Source: an uncultured Candidatus Peribacteria bacterium
GTDB lineage: Bacteria; Patescibacteriota; Gracilibacteria; Peribacterales; Peribacteraceae
Direction of reading: 5' to 3'
NCBI GenBank assembly: GCA_964635215.1
Contig: CAZWNJ010000003.1
Location: forward strand, 44,015 to 108,014
Length of the DNA: 64,000 nt
A program made the position numbers and the translations under genes. Of this stretch, positions 42,395 through 49,402 are shown one piece after another (position 1 is the first letter of the stretch; each line of letters starts with the position of its first letter). The notes beneath the pieces were generated by a model, which worked only from the letters and a program-made list of their open reading frames with translations, was not told the origin of the DNA and did not search any database.

Positions 42395-44161
42395 TTACTT
42401 CTTTTCAAGAACAACAACTGTCTCGCCTTCCTGGAGGCCACTCTGGATCTCTACCTCGCCGTCTGATCCGTCGATACCAAGGATCACCGAACGTTCTTCT
42501 GTGGTTCCATCCGACTCCTGCACGCGGACGTATTCCTCGCCAGTGGGGCGCTGGAGAACGGCGCGGCGCGGAATCGTGAGAACCTGAGCACGCTGGGCAG
42601 AAACAATCTCAGCATCACCGGTCATGCCGATCTTCAGATCGTTATGCGGATAAACGAAGTCGAGCTTCACTCGATACTTCGAGACGCCATCCTTGTCCGT
42701 TACACCCGGATCGATCTCCGAGACACGGAGCTTAAACTTCACGTTCGGATAGGCGTCGAGAGCGATGGCTCCGGACTGACTGAGACGGACCTTGGGAATG
42801 TCGATCTCAGAGACGAACATTTCGATGCGCATCGGGCTGTCACCGAGCATCGTCACGGCCGGCCCAGCCGGAAGCGCCTCTCCGGCCTTCACATTCACCT
42901 TCGTGATAATTCCAGCCTCAGGGGCGACGAGCACGGTGTTGTTCAACTGCGCAGCGGCACGAGCGAGATCGGCCGAGGCCTGGCGGACACGAGCCTGGGC
43001 GGCACTCAGATCGGTAGCACGCGTCGGCGCCTTCTTGCTATCAAGCTGGGCCTGCGAAATTCGCACGGCCGAGTCATACGTGAGAATATCGGCGGTCGCC
43101 TTATCACGCGTGCCTGTGGCGGCGGTGATGGCGTTCTCTTCAACTTGAATCTGCGTATCAAAGCTCGCGGACGCATCCTGCAGCGCCTTCAGATCAGTAT
43201 CGAGGGTCGTCAGTACGGTCTGCATCGACGAGCGTAGTCCGGTGAGCGTCGCTTTGTCGGCCTCGCGATCGGCAGCGGTGTAGCTGGAAATTTCTTGCAT
43301 CGAACTCACAAGGTTGTACGCCTGGGCCAGAACATCGGACGCCTGCACGACGGCGCCGCGGGCCATCTGGAACGCATCCAAGGCCGCGCGGTAGTCGGAA
43401 GAGACGGACGCAACGGACGCTTCGGCTGCCTTCAAGGCGTCGCCAGCGCGCTGGCGCTCCTTGACGACGTCGGATTCACGATCGGGTGACGAACGCGTGA
43501 GAGCATCCGAGAGCTTCACTTGGGCAAAGACATCATCAAGGTTGCCAAGTGCCGTCTCAGCCAAGACGAGCTGCTGGGCAATCGTACTGTGAGCCAGGCT
43601 GACCTGACCGCCAAGGCTGACATCGGCCTGCTGCTTCAAGACAGTCAACTTCGTCTGTGAGGCGGAGAGATTATTCTCGGCCGTCGTTAACGACGCCTTG
43701 GCGGCTTCGAGTGCAGCCTTTTTGTTTGCCAGATCCGCCTCGGAAATCGCGATGTCTTCGGGCCGAGCTCCTTCCTCTAGGGCTTGAAGCTGGGCCTGAG
43801 CATAGTCAAGGTTGGCCGACTGTGACGCGACGGTAGCGCGCAGATCGGCATTGCGCAGAACGGCGATCACCTGGCCCTGACCGACAGCATCACCCTCCTT
43901 CACTTCCACAGCGGACACGATGCCTGACGTAGGGAATTGCAACGCTAGATCACGCTCAGAGACAACAGTGCCAACCGCCTCGACAAGTTGGACGACATCT
44001 TTCTTCTCGACTTTGGCCGAAATAATCTGTGGTGCGGCCGGCTGTGAGAGGCTGTAGACGACGTACCCGACCAGAAGCACAGGAGCGATGATGAAGACCG
44101 TGCGCCAGGGGTGACGACGAACGGTGCCAGGAAGGCCGAGGATGAATGCGGGAATCTGCAT
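42395..44161 (-). CDS. HlyD/MacA-type periplasmic adaptor with long coiled coil
   Basis: N-terminal TM, lipoyl-like GDAVGQGQVIAVL, extended coiled coil, beta-barrel C-terminus. Confidence 0.8.
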   Translation of the reverse strand: MQIPAFILGLPGTVRRHPWRTVFIIAPVLLVGYVVYSLSQPAAPQIISAKVEKKDVVQLVEAVGTVVSERDLALQFPTSGIVSAVEVKEGDAVGQGQVIAVLRNADLRATVASQSANLDYAQAQLQALEEGARPEDIAISEADLANKKAALEAAKASLTTAENNLSASQTKLTVLKQQADVSLGGQVSLAHSTIAQQLVLAETALGNLDDVFAQVKLSDALTRSSPDRESDVVKERQRAGDALKAAEASVASVSSDYRAALDAFQMARGAVVQASDVLAQAYNLVSSMQEISSYTAADREADKATLTGLRSSMQTVLTTLDTDLKALQDASASFDTQIQVEENAITAATGTRDKATADILTYDSAVRISQAQLDSKKAPTRATDLSAAQARVRQASADLARAAAQLNNTVLVAPEAGIITKVNVKAGEALPAGPAVTMLGDSPMRIEMFVSEIDIPKVRLSQSGAIALDAYPNVKFKLRVSEIDPGVTDKDGVSKYRVKLDFVYPHNDLKIGMTGDAEIVSAQRAQVLTIPRRAVLQRPTGEEYVRVQESDGTTEERSVILGIDGSDGEVEIQSGLQEGETVVVLEKK

Positions 44162-44165
44162 GGAG

Positions 44166-44591
44166 TTACTGAGAAGAGCGAGTAGTAGTAATCATTGTCT
44201 GCAAGATGCGCAAGAGCTGGGCCTGATCCTCCAGGGGAATGGAGGAATGAACCGAACGAATCATGTCACGGTGAGCCTGCATCTTTTCTGCCAAGGCAGT
44301 ACGGCCCTGCGCGGTCAGCTGCAAACGGACAAGTTTGCGGTTACTGGCGTCAGCTCGACGCTCAATCCAGCCCAAATCGACGAGCTTCTGGGCGAATGAT
44401 GTCGCGGAGGGCGACGTCACGTCCAAAGCCTCAGCGAATTCCGTCATCGTCATGCCCTGCTTCTCAGCGATGAGGCCGAGCGCACGGATCTGGAGCCAAT
44501 TGCCTTCTTTATTCTCAGCGCACTTGCGGTGCATGAGGCGACCGAATTCGAGCACGGCATCCAGGAGCTGATCGGAGACGTTTGGTGTCAT
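44166..44591 (-). CDS. MarR-family regulator, first gene of the efflux operon
   Basis: wHTH GMTMTEFAEALDVTSPSATSFAQKLVDLGWIERRADASNRKLVRLQLT. Confidence 0.85.
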   Translation of the reverse strand: MTPNVSDQLLDAVLEFGRLMHRKCAENKEGNWLQIRALGLIAEKQGMTMTEFAEALDVTSPSATSFAQKLVDLGWIERRADASNRKLVRLQLTAQGRTALAEKMQAHRDMIRSVHSSIPLEDQAQLLRILQTMITTTRSSQ

Positions 44592-44604
44592 AACGGGTGC
44601 GTAA

Positions 44605-44623
44605 TATTTAGGTTACCTAAATA
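44605..44623. promoter_or_regulatory. perfect palindrome TATTTAGGT-T-ACCTAAATA, candidate MarR operator
   Basis: 14 nt upstream of the marR start codon. Read directly. Confidence 0.6.
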
Positions 44624-44665
44624 ATACATCACCGTATGATTCTGAGTCAAGACTCTCCCCTCCTC

Positions 44666-45514
44666 TCAGCGCAGAAAACGGTCGATGACTATCTGAAACT
44701 CGCTGAAGGGGTAAGCGCCAGAAATCAGCTTAGAATCGCCATTCTGGCCAAGTATCCAGAAGGCCGGAGTGCCGCTGACGCCTGAATCTTCGCCGGCCTG
44801 TAGGTCGGCATCGACGATGTCACTCGTCGCCTGATCATCAAAACAGGTGTCGAACGCCTTGGCGTCGAGCCCGGTGATGCCGTGAGCCCAGGTCTTGAGC
44901 GTGGCATCGGTATTCCGGGTCAGTTTGTCCTGATTCAGAAAAATCGCATCGTGCAGCTTCCAGGCCAGAGCGCCGGACTGCGTATGTGCACATTCCACGG
45001 CTACCGCCGCCGGGAAGGCCGCGGGATGGAAGCTCAAGGGGAAGTTGCGGTAGACGAACCGCACCTTGCCGGTATCGATGTAGGTCTTCTTGATCTGCGG
45101 GAAGGCGTCAGCCTGGAAGCGAGCGCAGAACGGGCATTCATAGTCGGAGAACTCGATCATTGTTACGGGCGCGTCGTCGGAACCGAGGGCCATACCGTTG
45201 CCCGCGGTCGGCGGGGTGGGCACCTGCTCCGGCGCGGAGGGAGTAGGCGCTACGCCGTCGATTTTCTGCAGGATGCGGTCAACCACCATCGCCAGCTCGG
45301 CGCGCGTTACGGGCTCGTTGGGACGGAACTTCTCGCCATCACCCTTCATCAGGCCCGCATCCCTCACCGATGAGATCGCCTTTACCGCCCAATGGTCGGC
45401 GGGAACATCCAGAAACAGGCCTGGAGCGGCCACAGCCAGGGCGCCGCCGGCGAAGGCCAGGGCCGAGGACACGGCTAGGATGGAGACGAATGACGAACGG
45501 CTGAAGGTGGGCAT
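44666..45514 (-). CDS. secreted SLH domain fused to a DsbA-like thioredoxin-fold oxidoreductase
   Basis: Signal peptide. SLH: FLDVPADHWAVKAISSVRDAGLMKGDGEKFRPNEPVTRAELAMVV. DsbA-like: MIEFSDYECPFCARF, a CPFC active site. Confidence 0.75.
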   Translation of the reverse strand: MPTFSRSSFVSILAVSSALAFAGGALAVAAPGLFLDVPADHWAVKAISSVRDAGLMKGDGEKFRPNEPVTRAELAMVVDRILQKIDGVAPTPSAPEQVPTPPTAGNGMALGSDDAPVTMIEFSDYECPFCARFQADAFPQIKKTYIDTGKVRFVYRNFPLSFHPAAFPAAVAVECAHTQSGALAWKLHDAIFLNQDKLTRNTDATLKTWAHGITGLDAKAFDTCFDDQATSDIVDADLQAGEDSGVSGTPAFWILGQNGDSKLISGAYPFSEFQIVIDRFLR

Positions 45515-45560
45515 GCCGGGAGCCTGGCAGAAAAGCAGCTAGATTGCCAGTGCCTGCGGT

Positions 45561-45569
45561 TGGTACAAT
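45561..45569 (+). promoter_or_regulatory. extended -10 TGGTACAAT, 8 nt before ATG 45578
   Basis: Motif spacing only. Confidence 0.5.
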
Positions 45570-45577
45570 GAGAACCG

Positions 45578-47806
45578 ATGGCCAAACGCAAAAAGTCCCA
45601 ACGCGGGACCTCCGGCCAACGGGAACTTCATCCGCACACGCGGCGCCTCATTAGTGGGACGCTCCAGCTGTGCCTCGGCATCGTTCTCCTCCTGACACTC
45701 CTCGGCCAAGCTGGAGTCGTCGGCGAGCGCGTCCATGACTTCCTGCGGATGTTCGTCGGTGCCTACGGTTTCGTGTTGCCACTCGGCCTCATCCTCTCGG
45801 GTACGTTCCGACTCTTCGACGACGGCAAGCGTCTGCTCGTGAAGCGCTCCATCGGCCTGGTCCTGTCGCTCTTCTCGCTCCTCGGCCTCGCTCACCTGTC
45901 ACTCCCCTTCGATGAACTCTGGGTCAATCGCGCCGCGGCCGGCGGCGGCATTGGCTTCCTCGTGAGCTTCCCCTTTATGGAATTCCTCAGCCCGAGCGTG
46001 GGATACATCGTTCTTGGCTCGCTGTTCCTCGTCGGCATCTTCCTCTCCTTCGAGCCCGATTTCACCGCCGTACTCACCTGGGCCCAAGAAGCCTTCTCCC
46101 GCCCGGCCCCGCGCCGCTCGACCGCCACCGTCGCCAGTATCGAGCGCGATGAAGACACAGAGGAGGATGAGGATGACGGCGAAGACTTGATCGAGCAGGA
46201 CGCCGTGGCACCCGAACTGAACATCGTTCGTCCGAGCTTCGCCCAGGCCGCCGTCTCGAGCGATGAACCCGCGCCGAAGCCCAAGCCCAAAGCCAAGCCG
46301 CGCGATATCGACTCGATCCAAATGACCGACACGCGCTACGAAGAGTGGACGTTCCCCTCGTTCGATCTTCTGGAGGCCTCGCAGAGCACGCTGACCGTGA
46401 ACGACGAAGAATTGAAGCGCCAGGCGAAACTCATCGAAGAGAAACTCGGCGAGTTCGATATCGCCGTCACCGTCCGCGACGCCCGCCCTGGTCCGACCGT
46501 CACGCAGTTCACGCTCCAGCCGTCCGAAGGTGTCAAACTCAGCCGCATCGGCAACCTGAAAGACGACCTCGCCCTGGCCCTCGCCGCCCCCAGCCTGCGC
46601 ATAGAAGCGCCAATTCCGGGCAAGTCGCTCGTCGGCATCGAGATGCCGAATATCGAGCGCACTACTGTGCATTTGCGTGAGATCATGGACAGCGCCTCCT
46701 TCCAGCAAAGCCAATCCCCTCTCACCTTCCCCCTCGGACGTGACGTCTCGGGTGAGGCGGTAGTGGCGACGCTCGACAGCATGCCTCACCTCCTGATTGC
46801 CGGTGCGACCGGCTCAGGAAAATCAGTGTGCATGAACGTCTTCCTGACGTCGCTTCTCTTCCAGAACGCGCCCCACCAGCTCAAGCTCATCCTCATCGAT
46901 CCGAAGCGCGTCGAGCTCATGCCCTACAACGGCATCCCCCACTTGCTCACGCCCGTCATCACCGAAGCTGACACGGCTCTGAAGGCCCTGCGCTGGGCCG
47001 TCCAGGAAATGGGCCGCCGCTTGCACCGTTTCTCCGAGCAGGGCGCCCGCAATCTCGACGAATTCAACGAGAAGCAAGCCGACGAGTCGACAATGCTCCC
47101 GCGCATCGTGATCGTGGTCGACGAGCTCGCTGACCTTATGATGCGCCAATTCAAGCGCGACACCGAAACCATGATCGTCCGCATCGCCCAGATGGCTCGT
47201 GCCGTCGGTATGCACCTCATCATCGCCACGCAGCGCCCAAGCGTCGACGTCATCACTGGCCTCATCAAGGCCAACATCCCCACTCGCATGGCCTTCCGCG
47301 TCGTCAGCGCCGTGGATAGCCGCACCATCCTCGATGGCATCGGTGCCGAGGACCTGCTCGGCAAGGGCGATATGCTCTACATGACAGCTACCACTCCCAA
47401 GCCCGTGCGCGTGCAGGGCATCTACGTCTCTACAAAGGAAGTTGAGCGCGTCATCAACGCCGTGAAGATCGCCGGCGGCGGCCAAATTACCGAGCAGATC
47501 GGCCTCAGCAACGATGAAGACGATGACGAAGAAGGTGGTGACGGTGACGGTCCGGACGGCCCCAGTCAGATCGACCTTGATGCCTCCGACAACGGCGGCG
47601 ACGATCTGTTCTTCGACGCTCTGCGCGTCGTCCAGAGCTCCAAGAAGGCCTCGGCCAGTCTTCTCCAGCGCCAACTGAAGGTTGGTTACGCCCGCGCCGC
47701 CCGCCTGCTCGACATTATGGAAGAGAAAGGTCTCATCGGTCCGGCCGACGGCGCCAAGCCCCGCCAGATTTACATGAGTGAGAAGGAACCTTCAGAAGTC
47801 GCCTGA
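45578..47806 (+). CDS. ftsK: DNA translocase FtsK/SpoIIIE
   Basis: N-terminal TMs, an acidic linker, HLLIAGATGSGKSV Walker A, IVIVVDELADLMM, and a C-terminal gamma wHTH (SASLLQRQLKVGYARAARLLD). Confidence 0.93.
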   Translation: MAKRKKSQRGTSGQRELHPHTRRLISGTLQLCLGIVLLLTLLGQAGVVGERVHDFLRMFVGAYGFVLPLGLILSGTFRLFDDGKRLLVKRSIGLVLSLFSLLGLAHLSLPFDELWVNRAAAGGGIGFLVSFPFMEFLSPSVGYIVLGSLFLVGIFLSFEPDFTAVLTWAQEAFSRPAPRRSTATVASIERDEDTEEDEDDGEDLIEQDAVAPELNIVRPSFAQAAVSSDEPAPKPKPKAKPRDIDSIQMTDTRYEEWTFPSFDLLEASQSTLTVNDEELKRQAKLIEEKLGEFDIAVTVRDARPGPTVTQFTLQPSEGVKLSRIGNLKDDLALALAAPSLRIEAPIPGKSLVGIEMPNIERTTVHLREIMDSASFQQSQSPLTFPLGRDVSGEAVVATLDSMPHLLIAGATGSGKSVCMNVFLTSLLFQNAPHQLKLILIDPKRVELMPYNGIPHLLTPVITEADTALKALRWAVQEMGRRLHRFSEQGARNLDEFNEKQADESTMLPRIVIVVDELADLMMRQFKRDTETMIVRIAQMARAVGMHLIIATQRPSVDVITGLIKANIPTRMAFRVVSAVDSRTILDGIGAEDLLGKGDMLYMTATTPKPVRVQGIYVSTKEVERVINAVKIAGGGQITEQIGLSNDEDDDEEGGDGDGPDGPSQIDLDASDNGGDDLFFDALRVVQSSKKASASLLQRQLKVGYARAARLLDIMEEKGLIGPADGAKPRQIYMSEKEPSEVA

Positions 47807-47807
47807 C

Positions 47808-48401
47808 ATGCAGCTCCTCCTGGCTACCGAGAACCACGGCAAGGCGATCGAGTTCAGCGAACTCTTCGACGAGCTCGGCGTGACGATCGTCACTCTGAAA
47901 GATCTCGGATTGAAGCCGCTACCGGAAGAGACGGGCACGACGTTCGAGGAGAACGCCTTCCTCAAAGCTCGCCACGCCTTTGCACAAGCAGGCGTCCCGA
48001 CCATCGCCGACGACTCGGGCTTCACCGTCGAAGCGCTCGCCGGTGAACTCGGTGTCTATACGCGCAGGTGGGGCGCTGGACCGAAAGCCACCGATGCGGA
48101 GTGGATCGAGTTCTTCCTCAGGCGTATGGAGAAAGAACCAAACCGTCGGGCGCGCTTCTCGTGCGCGATTGTTTACAAAGACGCGGACCGTGAAGAGATC
48201 TTCACCGGCCACTGCGACGGCGAAATCACGCACTCCGTTGAGGCCCAGTACCTCCCCGGCCTCGTCGCTTCGGCCTGCTTCCGGCCCGATGGCCAGACGA
48301 GGGTCTTTTCAGCCCTCACACCGGCTGAGAAGCACGCTATCAGCCATCGCGGCAACGCCATGAAACAACTCAAGACGTTCTTTGCCGGCCGAATAGTGTA
48401 A
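47808..48401 (+). CDS. rdgB: non-canonical purine NTP pyrophosphatase RdgB/HAM1
   Basis: LLLATENHGKAIEF..., TFEENAFLKA, ADDSGFTVEAL, SHRGNA. Confidence 0.88.
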   Translation: MQLLLATENHGKAIEFSELFDELGVTIVTLKDLGLKPLPEETGTTFEENAFLKARHAFAQAGVPTIADDSGFTVEALAGELGVYTRRWGAGPKATDAEWIEFFLRRMEKEPNRRARFSCAIVYKDADREEIFTGHCDGEITHSVEAQYLPGLVASACFRPDGQTRVFSALTPAEKHAISHRGNAMKQLKTFFAGRIV

Positions 48402-48465
48402 CGTCAAATATGCCCGCCTCATGGTGATGAGACGGGCGAGGACAAACGACCTTCAGACAACTGAC

Positions 48466-48771
48466 TCAAGAGGCGGGCAGATCATTGGGTGGTAGGGGCG
48501 CGCTCATGCGACGAGCGGTGAGCCAGACACGAGTCAGGAGTTCGCGGATGAAAATCCGACCACCGTCGGCATCCAACGCCGACATAAGATTGAAGTATGC
48601 CTCGAGCGCCTTCAGGATCTGTGCGCCATCGACCTTCTCGGGCAGGGGGATGATTGCGACGACGACGAGACCGTCACGCTCGATATTGCCGACGGTGTCA
48701 TCGAGCACGGTGACCCATTCCAGACCGTCTTCGGCACGGAGTACTGCTAACTGATTCGGCGGAACCGGCAT
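48466..48771 (-). CDS. small hypothetical protein
   Basis: Trimmed to ATG 48771 (MPVPPNQLAV...), which is preceded by GGAGG 6 nt upstream. Confidence 0.5.
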   Translation of the reverse strand: MPVPPNQLAVLRAEDGLEWVTVLDDTVGNIERDGLVVVAIIPLPEKVDGAQILKALEAYFNLMSALDADGGRIFIRELLTRVWLTARRMSAPLPPNDLPAS

Positions 48772-48990
48772 TCTGTGCCTCCTTCGGAGACTGTGGATTG
48801 AAGAATCGACCCTATATGCATTCTTACGATATTTTTTATATTGATCAAATATTCCCTGGACCGCACGATGAGAACCTCTATTCTTCACCAGAGCGATCAT
48901 TTCTCCATCAGTCGTACCAGCGGTCGACCGCCCGTTCGGGGCAGTGGACCCCTGGCACGTTGTCAGGACAGTCAGTTAGAGGAGATCGCC

Positions 48991-49356
48991 ATGCGCATCT
49001 CATGCAGAAATTGGCAAGTGGACGTAGAGTTCGTACGGACCGATGGCGTCGCCGAAGAAGCAATGATCCGGTCACTCAGGCAGCGGCAGGATGGCTATGA
49101 GTTGGTGGCAGAGGTTGTACCAAGACCCGGTAGGCTGCGATTCCACATCATGTCGGAAACACTTCAGACCCGCGGTCAGATGGCAGTCTTCGCCGATGGA
49201 GAGGAAGTTGCCTTCCATCCGATCGACAGCCACCGGATCGACGGCCCGCGTCTGGGAAATGACGCGGTGACGCTCGCGCACTTCCTCCCCGTGCCGCACG
49301 GGGCAGTCGGTGAGATGTATTGGGATTTCATCCTGCGCATCGTGGCGGCGCCGTAA
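48991..49356 (+). CDS. small hypothetical protein
   Basis: ATG 48991 (MRISCRNWQV...) is preceded by GAGGAG. A terminator follows. Confidence 0.5.
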   Translation: MRISCRNWQVDVEFVRTDGVAEEAMIRSLRQRQDGYELVAEVVPRPGRLRFHIMSETLQTRGQMAVFADGEEVAFHPIDSHRIDGPRLGNDAVTLAHFLPVPHGAVGEMYWDFILRIVAAP

Positions 49357-49375
49357 GGTGCCGACGGCAGGGTTG

Positions 49376-49402
49376 CCGGCTTCCCTTGGGAAGCCGGTTT
49401 TT
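49376..49402 (+). terminator. intrinsic terminator
   Basis: CCGGCTTCC-CTTG-GGAAGCCGG followed by TTTTT. Confidence 0.75.
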
